A stretch of DNA of 64,000 nucleotides, from assembly GCA_965203175.1 (NCBI GenBank), contig OZ241867.1, positions 2,656,001 to 2,720,000 of the forward strand. The letters are read 5' to 3'. Positions within the stretch are counted from its first letter, which is position 1; every line of letters starts with the position of its first letter. Shown here piece after piece: positions 19,727 to 30,409 of this stretch. The stretch comes from Candidatus Latescibacterota bacterium (GTDB lineage Bacteria > Latescibacterota > UBA2968 > UBA8231). The notes below the pieces were generated by a model. It saw only the letters and a list, made by a program, of their open reading frames with translations. It did not search any database and was not told where the DNA came from. Both the position numbers and the translations under genes were made by a program.

Positions 19727-21361
19727 CTAGCGGAGCCAATCCTCCCATCGACGTGCCAGCTCCACTCGCGCATCACGACGCGCGTCTGAGTAATACTTCT
19801 GTCCGTGCATGTAATAAGGGGGCCTGTCCGGCAAGCGATGTCCTGTTATTGCTTCCAATGCATCTCTTCGGGCCGCGAAGTTGGATATTCGACCCATGCG
19901 GGCGTCCTCTTCAAGACCGGAGACGATTTCTTCGGCGAAACGCGGAAGAGCCGTTCTTCTGGCAAGGTTAAAGGATACATAACGAACATCTAGGCTCGGG
20001 TCATTAAAGAGAACACTGAGAGATGCGCTACATTCAGACCACAAAGTTGGACAATTCTGTAGCCAGTACACCGCCGCCGACCGGACAATGGGCGCAACGT
20101 CCCGAAACCCTTCTTTGATGTAGTCCGGATTCACTTCGGACGTTTTGCTTGCTAGGGCACACAAGGTAGCGGCACGAACCTCAGATTTCGGGTGGTTTAA
20201 ACACTCACTGATTGGTTGTAGAGCCGCGTCCGGGAATGGATCACCGACAAAAGAGAGAATGATATCCCTTACTTGGTCAGCATCGCCAGCACTAAGTTGA
20301 TCCATCCTGTATTCGACCGAACGTTTCCGCCACTCCGACCAGGTTTGGTAGGGGCTCGTTACCGGCTCGGGTGGATGATCCGTCGCTTCCATCGCCAAAG
20401 CACCTTCGACTGAAACCAGCCCAGCGCGTAGGTTCAACCACTGTGGACGCTTTATCGACGAAGCGATGAGGGCCGTTTTCATCTCCAGAGCCGTCCAACT
20501 CGGACGCGCCTGCCACACACAGGCTGCGGCTCCAAGAGCGATCGGCCCCGAGAACGATGTACCAAGTGTGCGGGCATAGCGCCGTGGGAGATCGTCTATC
20601 TTGTCATAAAAGTGGTTTTCGATCTCTTCATCGGTTCCATGGGGAAGGACGACGTTCTCCGCAGGTGCCAGAATCTCCGGAATCCATTTTCCCTCAAAGG
20701 TCGTTCCCCGGCTCCCTGGAAACGCTTCGGCCTGGTCTAGGTCCCCATCCGGGGAAATCGCGATCCCGCCAACCGAAAGGACCGAAGGAGCCGCGGGTTC
20801 GGTAACCCCAGCAGTCCGATCTGATGTATTCCCCGACCCTGCCATTACGAGCACGCCTGCGACCGCTATTTCTTCACACAAGACACGTATTGGTTCCGTT
20901 TGCCAAGGTAGAAGGCTTGAGTCGATCCCAAGTTTTTTTGCCGACAATACAGTTCGTATCTCGTACTTGCTCCAGTTATCCCGAACCCATTCCAGTGCCT
21001 TAAGATGTGCTGCATATCGTCCTTCAGGATCCTGGCTCTGGCCGGGGAAGTATTCGGCGACGAGAAAGAGATCGGCCTCCGGCGCTATGCCCCGGTACAG
21101 ACCCTGCGATTCGGCACCTGATCCAGCAGCCGCAGCCGCAGCCCACAACCCATGCGCGCCTCCTTTCCATGGCCCAGGCTCCGCCTCAAACACCTTGGGC
21201 TGCGGTTCAGGCTCCATCACCATTACTTTGTAAGTTGTACGTTGCTCGTTGGTGGTGATATCGGGATGGCTTGGGAAATCTCCATCGACAACAGCAATGC
21301 GAACCCCTTTCCCCGTAAATTCATCAGGTACGCCCAGGAAGTCTCGCAACGTCGGCCACAT
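19727..21361 (-). CDS. S8 subtilase with C-terminal HEAT-like repeats
   Basis: Triad AVVDGD / AHGLW / GTSFSGP and oxyanion GSGN. Repeats EVRAATL, IVRSAAV and DVRYVSF. RBS GGAGGAG before ATG21361. Confidence 0.82.
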   Translation of the reverse strand: MWPTLRDFLGVPDEFTGKGVRIAVVDGDFPSHPDITTNEQRTTYKVMVMEPEPQPKVFEAEPGPWKGGAHGLWAAAAAAGSGAESQGLYRGIAPEADLFLVAEYFPGQSQDPEGRYAAHLKALEWVRDNWSKYEIRTVLSAKKLGIDSSLLPWQTEPIRVLCEEIAVAGVLVMAGSGNTSDRTAGVTEPAAPSVLSVGGIAISPDGDLDQAEAFPGSRGTTFEGKWIPEILAPAENVVLPHGTDEEIENHFYDKIDDLPRRYARTLGTSFSGPIALGAAACVWQARPSWTALEMKTALIASSIKRPQWLNLRAGLVSVEGALAMEATDHPPEPVTSPYQTWSEWRKRSVEYRMDQLSAGDADQVRDIILSFVGDPFPDAALQPISECLNHPKSEVRAATLCALASKTSEVNPDYIKEGFRDVAPIVRSAAVYWLQNCPTLWSECSASLSVLFNDPSLDVRYVSFNLARRTALPRFAEEIVSGLEEDARMGRISNFAARRDALEAITGHRLPDRPPYYMHGQKYYSDARRDARVELARRWEDWLR

Positions 21362-21380
21362 ATCTCCTCCTATGGGTTTC

Positions 21381-23522
21381 TTAGACGAGCTGCTCATGGG
21401 GCTGCGCCTCAGCCACATGACAATTGAACCAATCCACAACGCGCCGACACAGATCATCGAGAGCATCGCGGGACCAAGCACTTGTGCCGTGGTGCTCGTC
21501 CTTGTACAGCCGTAGCTCGACGCGCTTGCCGAGTCGGCGCAGGGCGATAAACGTCTCTTCGGCCTGATTGGAACCTTCCTGGTCCCCTGTACCACACACG
21601 AGCAGTAGTGGAGTAGATACTCGGTCTAGGCAGAAGAAAGGCGAGTTCTCGATGTACGCAGCCCGGTTCTCCCACGGCGAACCGCCGAGGCGGGCTTGTC
21701 CCGTTTCGCACCATCCTATATGATGGATGTAGAAGCTCGTCATATTCACCCCCCAAGGGGCAATAGCCAACGCAGCTCGGAATCTGTCGGTCTGCGCAAC
21801 CAGCGCCACAGTGCTATATCCGCCATAACTCGTGCCCATTAGACCCACGCGTTCGCCATCGGCCAGACCGAGTTCGACCGCCCGATCTACGGCGGCTAGT
21901 ACCGGCTCCACCAGACCTGTCATCGGGTCTTTCTCTCCCAGCGGTACCTCTGGGAACAACACCGCGTAGCCAGCACTGCATAGAAGCTGTGGCTCAATAG
22001 CCTGCGGCCCTTGGAGACTAAAGCGATTGATCGTCCCCACACCTCGGTATCCCCCATACACACTGACGATCATCGGATACGGTGGCTGTGTCTCGGAAGG
22101 AAGCAACATCACTCCCCGGCATTGCATACCGGCTGCTTCGAAGTCTATCAGTTCACTGCGGCCGAGCTTGGACACCTGAACTTCAGGCGCTAGGCAAAAT
22201 AACCAGTCATGGCTTCCATTCTCTATGCGTAGCACGGAGGATGGACGCTTTGCCTCCTCCGCCATCAGGTAGTAGCACCCAGAAGAATCGTCCACCTCCA
22301 TGTACCAGATTTGGCCCGTGCACGTGCCCGGGATATCTGCTACGTGCTTCAGCCCTCCGTCCTGCCCCAAATGGACGACCTGCTCGCTCAGGTCGGACCG
22401 ATTCTGCAGCACGACGGGCAGGCCCCCGGCCTGCGTCAATTGAATGGTGGATTCAGTCGGTCGTGCGATCCAATGACGCCTAGACCACTCTTCTGGGATC
22501 GATGCGCAGCGGTGCTGGCCGGATTCCAAATCGAATTGCCACCAAGCCTTGCTACCGAGTGAGTGCAGCTTCGAACCATCCACACTCCAGCGCGGCGTGT
22601 CGTATTTCAGCAAGCGGTCAAACTCCGGTCCCGGAGTCAGATTTACAGGCGCTTCAGAACCATCGGCCGCGACAATGAACAGCTCGTCGGGACGACCTCT
22701 ACCGGAGGAGGCATACGCAACATTCGCCGAATCCGGCGACCACGCGTAGTTGATGCCAAAGGCGCTGGCGATATTCGAGGCAAGCACCCTTTCCACTCCG
22801 GTCTCGATATCCACGGTGAAAAGCTCAAACAGAGAGTACTGCAAGCTCGCTACACCTTCGACGTAGCGCGTACAGGCCACATGTCGGCCATCGGGCGCGA
22901 TGCGCCATTGGCCGGAGGCCCATTGTTGGAGCAGCCTCTTGACCGATCCAGTCGAGAGGCTGATATGGCCCAAGTCGCACAGCCTCCTACTCGGCAGATC
23001 TGGCTCGACCTCCACGTCAGGATAGTTGGATCTGACGTCGATCTTGGGCACGGGGCCGTGCGCATCTTCCCGATAGTCGCGCTCGGCAGGCCAGAGGGGT
23101 ACTACGATGCCCTTTCCATCGGGCGTCCACACTGGCAGTTCAAAACCAAAGCGGACTAGAACAGGCGCATTCCGCAGCAACTCAACCTCTCCTGTGCCAA
23201 CGTCCCACAAACCCAGACATGCCACTCCTTCGTGCTGCACGCAGGCCACCAGCCTGTCGCCCGCTGGCGACCACTGAGCCCCCCAGCTTACGCTGTCTTC
23301 GGGAAAAGGCCGCATCGACTCCCCGGTCGCTGTATCTACGATAACCACGGAACTACCAGCCATTTCCGTAGGGACGCCCCACTCGTCAAATCTCGGTCCT
23401 CGTACGCCTTGGATGCGCCTCTGTACGCCAAGGGCGAGCCGCCGTCCATCCGGGGACAGATGAAAGGGCATCCGCCCGGTGGGTTTGGGCAGATCGATGA
23501 GAGAGGCGATGGTATTCTCCAT
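21381..23522 (-). CDS. S9 family peptidase (beta-propeller + alpha/beta hydrolase)
   Basis: WSP(D/A) propeller repeats, GTSYGG nucleophile, Asp in GTGD, His in EHH. Confidence 0.9.
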   Translation of the reverse strand: MENTIASLIDLPKPTGRMPFHLSPDGRRLALGVQRRIQGVRGPRFDEWGVPTEMAGSSVVIVDTATGESMRPFPEDSVSWGAQWSPAGDRLVACVQHEGVACLGLWDVGTGEVELLRNAPVLVRFGFELPVWTPDGKGIVVPLWPAERDYREDAHGPVPKIDVRSNYPDVEVEPDLPSRRLCDLGHISLSTGSVKRLLQQWASGQWRIAPDGRHVACTRYVEGVASLQYSLFELFTVDIETGVERVLASNIASAFGINYAWSPDSANVAYASSGRGRPDELFIVAADGSEAPVNLTPGPEFDRLLKYDTPRWSVDGSKLHSLGSKAWWQFDLESGQHRCASIPEEWSRRHWIARPTESTIQLTQAGGLPVVLQNRSDLSEQVVHLGQDGGLKHVADIPGTCTGQIWYMEVDDSSGCYYLMAEEAKRPSSVLRIENGSHDWLFCLAPEVQVSKLGRSELIDFEAAGMQCRGVMLLPSETQPPYPMIVSVYGGYRGVGTINRFSLQGPQAIEPQLLCSAGYAVLFPEVPLGEKDPMTGLVEPVLAAVDRAVELGLADGERVGLMGTSYGGYSTVALVAQTDRFRAALAIAPWGVNMTSFYIHHIGWCETGQARLGGSPWENRAAYIENSPFFCLDRVSTPLLLVCGTGDQEGSNQAEETFIALRRLGKRVELRLYKDEHHGTSAWSRDALDDLCRRVVDWFNCHVAEAQPHEQLV

Positions 23523-23594
23523 GGATTCCCTCCGTTATGGGGAAAAATGGCTGCGATTCTGCGGTCTTTGGATGGTGGATTTTCGCGTTGACAA

Positions 23595-23623
23595 AGAGTA
23601 CTGGAGAGTCTTATTTTAGTCAA
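23595..23623 (-). promoter_or_regulatory. Putative sigma70 promoter of the S9-S8 pair
   Basis: Minus strand TTGACT, 17 bp, TACTCT. Confidence 0.45.
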
Positions 23624-23674
23624 GATAAAAATGACGTATCTATATATTTATATTGATTTTATGAGACATTATAT

Positions 23675-23703
23675 TTGACAACATTCAGCCGATTGTTTAT
23701 ATT
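23675..23703 (+). promoter_or_regulatory. Sigma70-like promoter with no downstream CDS
   Basis: TTGACA (23675-80), 17 bp, TATATT (23698-703), with an AT-rich upstream region. Confidence 0.5.
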
Positions 23704-23711
23704 TTATGTAC

Positions 23712-23758
23712 AACAAAAAGATGGGGGCCGCTTACGTGAGCACCCCCATCTTTTTGTT
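23712..23758. terminator. Bidirectional intrinsic terminator-like hairpin
   Basis: 16-bp arms AACAAAAAGATGGGGG / CCCCCATCTTTTTGTT, giving a U-tract on both strands. Confidence 0.7.
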
Positions 23759-23880
23759 TTTTCTCCGCTTCCAGAATTGAGCGGATTGTGGACGCGTGGA
23801 ATCTGTGATCAAATTTCCCCTAGGTAATCTCCATTTCCGGGGCTAGAAGATTTTTTATTCACTCCCTTCTCAAAAAGGGT

Positions 23881-24390
23881 TCATCCGCTCCCGTGAGACA
23901 TGGTCGCGGCCGATTCCGGCGACGAGGTGCCCACGGAGTTGGATTTGGCGTGTTTGAATTGCACGTAGGTCGGCTGCTCGTTGGCCATCGCCATATCGGC
24001 AGCTTGGCCAAAAGCATCCATAATCTGCGCGTAATCGGAACCGTATGGCAGGCTGACAACCGTTTCTGCACCCTCGTCAACTGCCGACATGTCCTTAGCA
24101 CACGTCACTATTACCGTCATGGGCGTGTATATCCCACCGGTAAGGACATTCACCAGTCCGTTGACAAAACTCTGCTGCGTCTCAACCCTAGCTACGCCAT
24201 TTTCGCACTCGCTTTGCGCTTCAACCACCGACGGCGGCACTAGACCATATATCCAGCTATGCTTCCACAGTTCCACCGTCTTGGAACCTGGGGCAAGCCC
24301 AGTATCAATAGTCGCGTGATAACATCCGACTAAGAGAAAGAAACAAGACAAAAAAGCTAGGACGAAGTTTGTCCGCTGACGCTTATTCAC
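23881..24390 (-). CDS. Bor/Iss family lipoprotein with C-terminal extension
   Basis: LVGC lipobox; C..GVARVETQQSFVNGLVNVLTGGIYTPMTVIVTC. Confidence 0.8.
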   Translation of the reverse strand: MNKRQRTNFVLAFLSCFFLLVGCYHATIDTGLAPGSKTVELWKHSWIYGLVPPSVVEAQSECENGVARVETQQSFVNGLVNVLTGGIYTPMTVIVTCAKDMSAVDEGAETVVSLPYGSDYAQIMDAFGQAADMAMANEQPTYVQFKHAKSNSVGTSSPESAATMSHGSG

Positions 24391-24573
24391 TGCAAATCCC
24401 TCCTTGGGTTAATGTGAGAAAATTACCGCCTCTTATACTGCGAATGGGCTAATCAAAGCAAACGCCAAAAGCCGTGCAATTAGGGACAGACGCAGGTGAT
24501 AGCCTTTTGCGGAATGCAGCGATTGTATCGCCGTCGAGCCTCCCCACTAGCACACCAGCGGGGATGGAATTAT

Positions 24574-25539
24574 TCACTTGCGTTTCGCCATAATCTCAGC
24601 CGCCTCAATCTGATCCACTAGCGCGATCGAGTGAATCACGTCGCGGATGTCGGTGATCGGCTGCCGGTTTTCAACCACGCAATCGAGGAAGTGCTCGTGC
24701 ATGGTCAGCAGGCCCTCGTAGCGGGGCACGTCGTCTTGAGGCACTCCGTCGACTTCCCAGCCGCCGAGGGTGCGGACCTGATTGTCCTCGTGGATTTCGA
24801 TTTCACTGGGAATTTTCATGTAGCAGCCAATGCCCACGCCATGTAGCTCCGAGCGCAACACTCGCCCGCCAGAGGCGCGGTTGCCGAGCATCACGCCGGT
24901 CGCGCGATTGTCAAAGCGCACCAGCGCCGTGTAGTGGTTGAAGCCCTCGCCGCCGAACTTGTCTTGGTAGGCCGTAACTTCCACTGGCTCGCCACCGGCC
25001 ATGTAGCGCAACAGATCGACGATGTGGACCAGGTCATTCCACAAGGTCGTAGTGAATTCGTCGGCGCGCTGCGGGAGCTGTTTGTTGAAGGTCGTCGTCG
25101 CCAGCGACACCGGGCCTTTGGCCGCCACTAGACGCATGGCCTCGCGGGTGACGGCAGTGTAGCGGCGTTGCAGACCGACCATCACCCAGACCCCTTGGCT
25201 CTCGGCCGCCGCCAAAATCGCCCGCGTCTCGTCGCTGTTGGCACCAGGCGGCTTTTCGATAAACAGGTGCTTGCCCGCGGCGATGCAATCGAGAGCTGGC
25301 TGCAGGAGCCACTTCTCGTTCATCACGCAATAGACAATGTCCGGGGCGATCTCGTCGAGCATAGCGCGGTGGTCTTGGTACGTGCGCGTAAAGCCGTACT
25401 TTGCGACCACTTGCTTGAGGCGCTCCTCGTCCAATTCGCAAACCGCAGCCATCTCCACGCGGTCGGCGAGGCGATGGACCGATGGGTAGTGGGCGCTCTG
25501 CCCGCGGCCCCCCGCGCCGATAAATCCCGCTTTAAGCAT
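24574..25539 (-). CDS. Gfo/Idh/MocA oxidoreductase
   Basis: FIGAGGRG, HLFIEKP, VGLQRRY, DLVHIVD. Confidence 0.9.
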   Translation of the reverse strand: MLKAGFIGAGGRGQSAHYPSVHRLADRVEMAAVCELDEERLKQVVAKYGFTRTYQDHRAMLDEIAPDIVYCVMNEKWLLQPALDCIAAGKHLFIEKPPGANSDETRAILAAAESQGVWVMVGLQRRYTAVTREAMRLVAAKGPVSLATTTFNKQLPQRADEFTTTLWNDLVHIVDLLRYMAGGEPVEVTAYQDKFGGEGFNHYTALVRFDNRATGVMLGNRASGGRVLRSELHGVGIGCYMKIPSEIEIHEDNQVRTLGGWEVDGVPQDDVPRYEGLLTMHEHFLDCVVENRQPITDIRDVIHSIALVDQIEAAEIMAKRK

Positions 25540-26371
25540 GATCTTCCCCTTTCTGGCACAATGCCGTAAAAAAGCGCACGTCAATCCGCGCCAAGTCGAT
25601 GACGGATTCCACTGGCTCGCCGCTGTACTCACTGTGGAAGCTGACTGGGCCGGCAAAGTCCAGCCGCTTCAAAGTCGCAATTACCGAAGGCCAATCGACA
25701 AAGCCCTGCCCCATGCGCACGACGCCGGTAGCGGGATTGCCCTGCTGCGTGATACTCAAGGGTCGCTGGTGGACCAGATCCTTCAAAGCGACTAGGCACA
25801 AGTGCGAGCGCACGATGTCTAAGGCCATGGCGACCGGCTCCCCGCACAGCGACAAGTGCCCAGGGTCGGCAAAGACGCCCACGTATTGCGGGTCACAGTC
25901 CTTGACGATGTTCATCGCGGCGCAGGCATTGAGGCCCATAGACGCGCCCGAATGATTGTGAATGACGGTCTTGACACCGTATTTTTTCGACAGCGCCTGA
26001 AACCCCTGCACAAAGCCTCGCACCTCGTCTAACTGCGTCCAGTAGGGCGTATCCGGCTGCCAGTGCCAGTAGCCGAGCTTGACGTGAGCCACACCAGCCT
26101 CGCCCAAGGCCGCGTAATACCTTTCCGCATAGTCGATGTCCGGGCGGTTGAAGTCGCCCGGAGCTGTGACCAAGGGGATGCAAAGACCGGCGTCGGCAAA
26201 GCGACGCGCGGCCTCCGGCAGAGCCGTGGCTACATTGTCGGGGTTGACCGGGTAGCCGTCGCGCACGCACAGGTCGGCCCCCTGCACGCCAATGGACTGC
26301 AAGGCGTCGATGAGTTGCGGGACATCGAGCCCCTCTAAATGCTTGGTAAATACGATATACGTCAGATCCAC
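25532..26371 (-). CDS. Sugar phosphate isomerase/epimerase (AP endonuclease 2 TIM barrel)
   Basis: HNHSG, DPGH, ALKD, MGQGFVDW, SFHSEY. RBS AAGGAG before GTG26371. Confidence 0.85.
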   Translation of the reverse strand: MDLTYIVFTKHLEGLDVPQLIDALQSIGVQGADLCVRDGYPVNPDNVATALPEAARRFADAGLCIPLVTAPGDFNRPDIDYAERYYAALGEAGVAHVKLGYWHWQPDTPYWTQLDEVRGFVQGFQALSKKYGVKTVIHNHSGASMGLNACAAMNIVKDCDPQYVGVFADPGHLSLCGEPVAMALDIVRSHLCLVALKDLVHQRPLSITQQGNPATGVVRMGQGFVDWPSVIATLKRLDFAGPVSFHSEYSGEPVESVIDLARIDVRFFTALCQKGEDHA

Positions 26372-26468
26372 GATGTGCGCTCCTTTCTCTATATTTGTTT
26401 GACAAAGCGAGGTAAGGGTATCAAAATATCGGCCAAGTGCCAACGACTTAAACGGAGCAAGTCGAGTT

Positions 26469-27401
26469 ATGGAAGCAATCAAGATGGAGCCCAGTCCGTC
26501 GATTGAGGTCCCCAAACCGCTCACCCCCACCCAAGTGCAGTCCTTTATCGACGACGGCTATCTCGTCGTGCCGGGCCTGATGGAAGAAGCCGAGCTAGAC
26601 GAACTCAAACGCGACCTAGTGGACGTGGCGCGCGGCCGCTACGAGTGCGATAACATCGAGCCGGTCGATCCCGCCATGAGCGACCAAGCGGTGCTGGAGA
26701 GCATCCTCTGCATCCACCAGCCCCACTACGTCAGTCCAGTCATCGAAAAGTACGTCCGCCACCCCAAAATCTGCGGTGCCCTGAGCCAGATCACGGCCGC
26801 GCACCTGCCCTTTTGGGACGGCAGCGTCAAGTGCATGCAGTCCATGTACTTCGTCAAGCCGCCCAACTTCCAAGGCCAAGCTTGGCACCAAGACGAGATC
26901 TACATCCCCACACGGGATCGCTCGCTGATCGGCGCGTGGATCGCCGTGGACGACGCCACCGTGGGAAACGGCTGCCTCTACGTCATTCCGGGATCTCACC
27001 GGCCCGGGTACCTCTACCCACAGCGTCCCCACGAAAACCCAGACGAGTTCGACTTCGCGCCCGAAAGCTACGGCTTTGACGAGAGCGTCGAGATCCCGGT
27101 TGAAGTGGAAGCCGGTGCCCTCGTATTCTTCAACGGCTATCTCCTCCATCGCTCGTACAAAAACCGCGACGACACCTATCGCCGCGTCTTAGTCAACCAC
27201 TATTGCAACGCCTGGAGCCTGCTGCCTTGGAGCATTGAAGAGGGCGAATCGCCCGCCCGCGCCGACCGGCGCAACATCGTGCCCGTGGCCGGCATCGACC
27301 CCTACGCCTGGAAGGGCTATCAAACGCCGGCCAAGTCCGTGGGGCTGCGGCACTGCAAGGCCATCGACGAGGTCCGCGCCGCCCGCGAGGATCACGCATA
27401 A
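26469..27401 (+). CDS. Phytanoyl-CoA dioxygenase (PhyH) family Fe/2OG oxygenase
   Basis: WHQD, NGCLYVIPGSH, LLHRS. Confidence 0.9.
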   Translation: MEAIKMEPSPSIEVPKPLTPTQVQSFIDDGYLVVPGLMEEAELDELKRDLVDVARGRYECDNIEPVDPAMSDQAVLESILCIHQPHYVSPVIEKYVRHPKICGALSQITAAHLPFWDGSVKCMQSMYFVKPPNFQGQAWHQDEIYIPTRDRSLIGAWIAVDDATVGNGCLYVIPGSHRPGYLYPQRPHENPDEFDFAPESYGFDESVEIPVEVEAGALVFFNGYLLHRSYKNRDDTYRRVLVNHYCNAWSLLPWSIEEGESPARADRRNIVPVAGIDPYAWKGYQTPAKSVGLRHCKAIDEVRAAREDHA

Positions 27402-27476
27402 AAATCGGCTACTCTACTTGGGGGATGGAGAAGATGCCCGGCACCCTGATCAGCATCCGACCAGGAGCGTAGGTTG

Positions 27477-27665
27477 ATGTTCGATACTAGAGATCAGATT
27501 CTGAACCAACTCCGAGCCGGCGAAGACGGCCGCTCCGAGTTCAAAGAAGTGCGCTTCGGGGATCGAGGTGTGCTAACCCCCAATACCCAAGAACTGGCCG
27601 GCGAACTCGTTGCGTTTGCTATTGTGGCTGTATCCAGTTTGCTTCGCCTCGCCCCATCCGGGTGA
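27477..27665 (+). pseudogene. N-terminal fragment of a Schlafen/AlbA_2-domain protein
   Basis: GEDGRSEFKEV...LAGELVAFA, where the family motif is AFAN. Similarity stops at about 27620, at the convergent helicase stop. Confidence 0.75.
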
Positions 27666-30409
27666 TACGGACACTTGAGCGATCAGGAGTGAACGAGACC
27701 TGTAGCAGGCTTGGTTGGATTTGTCCTAGTCGCAGTGGGATTTGAGTGAGCGGTCGATAATCCGGGGTAGTGATCGATACCTGCCCACTGGCGGAATCAA
27801 TGGCGATCCGGCCTAGAAATTCTGGATTGAAATCTGTGCTAGAGATCAACTTCCTTTCCCATTCTTGCGAGAACCATTTCTGTACCGAACTAGCGAGAGC
27901 TTCGTTTCTGAAGCGTTTCCAGATATCGCTGGTTTCTGGCGTAGGCCAGTCCGGCTGATCGGTCCAGAGCTTCATTTTGTTCGACCTGAGCCACTGATTC
28001 ATCTCGCTTCGTGAGGTAAACATCGGCTGTATTTGTTCGATGACGGTCTGCGCTGCAATACGAGAGGGCAAGCCAGATCGTACAAGCATCGCCATCATGG
28101 TCTGGGGCAACCCGGTTTCCAAACAGGCGGCTGCGCTTCCTTCTAAATGTTCGGGTTCATCGCCATTGGCTCGCCTGTGCATACGCAGGGCTTCGATGGC
28201 CCAGACTAATCGATAAACAAAGGCATCTTCGACGACACGCATGTTGTCTAGGCCAATGGCTGCAACGTCGGCACCTCCAATCCACTCACGCAGAAGCTGG
28301 TGCCAATAACTAGGCAAATCCTCGTCCGGAACAAACGGCCGGATCGACAACAGACGCTCCGCCAGACCGATCAGTGCGTCACCGAGAGTGTCGGCATCGC
28401 CTTGCAGTGCAGCATTATCGGCTTGGTCCAATAGGGCTATCAATTCGGAGGCCATCGCATCAATAGCAAGACCAGCCTCCAAACCAACACCCATGGCAAA
28501 TTGGCTTCGTCGTTGCTCGACTGTTGACTTGTTCCAGATCAGACGTGAGCGGGCTTTTAGGATAGAAAGCTGATGCTGTTTGTACTCTTCCTTGGCAAGT
28601 CTTGCTATCTGTCTCGACCAGAGCGACCCGGTAAGTGCTTCGTCGAGTAGACGCGGTAGATCGGTACTGTCGGCATCCAATGCTTCAATCAGCCCAAGGA
28701 TAGTCGCATCAAGACGCTCAATTAGGCTCTCGATCGATTCTGTCTCGCCTGGCGGATCTGTGGGGAACCAAGCCTCCTGTGCATTTGCGAGGTACTCCAT
28801 AGCGTCTCCGCGATTGAGAACTCCGCTATTGCTATTCGCCAGACGTCGCATGACCTCAGCGACGACCGCGATGATGCCGCTCAAAAGAGACCTAGCTTTC
28901 GCAGAATTGACGATGTCGCGCCATCGATTCAGCCGCCACGATTCGGCCTTATAGATGACATGGACGACAAGGCCTTCGAGATCAACGAATGCACGTCCGG
29001 CACGACCCGAGACATTAGCAAACTCCTCACCGGAAATTGGGACTTTAGAGCGATAGAGACTCGGGATGAGTAGGACAGCGGCATTGAGGTTGAGCCCTTG
29101 CGCCAATGTCGGCGAAGCCACAGTCACCCGAAACACGCCAGTAGCTAGAAGAGCTTCTACCTCGCGCAGAAACGGTTTGGGTAGACGTCCGTGGTGGATG
29201 GCAACACCAACCAGAAGGCATTGAACAGCGGGATGCTCAGCTCCGAGCCATTCCTGACCGACAGCTACAGCTCGCTGCACAAGTTCGGGATCATCGATCA
29301 GACTCGGCAGAAATCCTCGCTGATTAAGATCAATGATCGCCTTGGCATATCCCTCGACATGGTTTCTCTGTGTACAAAAGATCAGTGTGCGTTTGCCCTG
29401 ATCGAAGAACTTCCAAGCTGCGGCAAGCGTAAGTTCTTGGGTATTCTTCGGGAAGGCCGTCCTTCGAGGAGAGATCGGAGATGACTTCGAAACGAAGTGC
29501 TGAATGAAAGGGCTCTCGGACTCAAGATCAAAACTCAGTCGCGCCGAATTGCCTTGCCACACCAATGTGCCGAAACGCTGACGTGTCGGACGCCAGTCGG
29601 ATTGAATGGGAGCACCTTCAATGTCACTCCGGATCCAAGCCGTCAGGTCTTCAAGCTGATCGCCTTCTGGCAGGATCGCAGATAGGCAGACGATACGTCT
29701 GTTCTCATGATCTGGGCGTCGGAGCAGGCGTTGAACAAGATTTTCATACCGGATCTCGCGTTCACTGGGTCCGATGAGATGGCCTTCGTCGAGAATGACG
29801 AGGCCGACATCGTCGATGATAGTCGAGTCGTTTCTGAGCGCAAAATCCAATTTCTCAGGTGTAGCGATGACAATATTCTGTGTGCGAAGAGCATCCTCGT
29901 CGTCTCCTGCCACACCGCTTGTTCCATACAACGAAGAGACAGTAAAACCGAGCGTAGAAAAGGTCTTGCGAAACGACCTTTCCATCTGTGCGGACAGCGC
30001 ACGCAATGGTGTCACAATCAGAACGCGCTTACCACAAGCGAGAGCCATCAGAGCCGCAATCTCGGCTATACGGGTTTTGCCAGAACTCGTCGGCAGGGCA
30101 ACAACAAGATCGTCAGTAACATCGACTGCCCGAAGAGCGGCCTTGATCTGAGAAGGCCACAATTCGACTTCGGCAACTTTTCGGTTGTAAAGCTCCCCTA
30201 TGAAGAGCTTTCTGAGGGCTTGGTAATCCTCCGCGCCCGGAGGTCCATCATGTGGAAGGGTTTGGTGTAGACTACTCGACCAAAGGTCGTCAATCAAATT
30301 GAGCGCGATCCGTACGATCCACCATAAGGAGACAGCATTGGCGTGCTTCGTCAGTGATACAGCTTGGCGAAGTAGTCTGCGAGCTTCCTCGACGAGTACG
30401 TCGGCACCT
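27619..30409 (-). pseudogene. 5'-truncated Ski2-like SF2 helicase (Hachiman HamB-like)
   Basis: Motifs LWPSQ, LPTSSGKT, TPEK, DEGH, HHG and GRAGR are intact. The first ~36 codons of ORF 27619-30519 come from the IS end. Confidence 0.7.
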
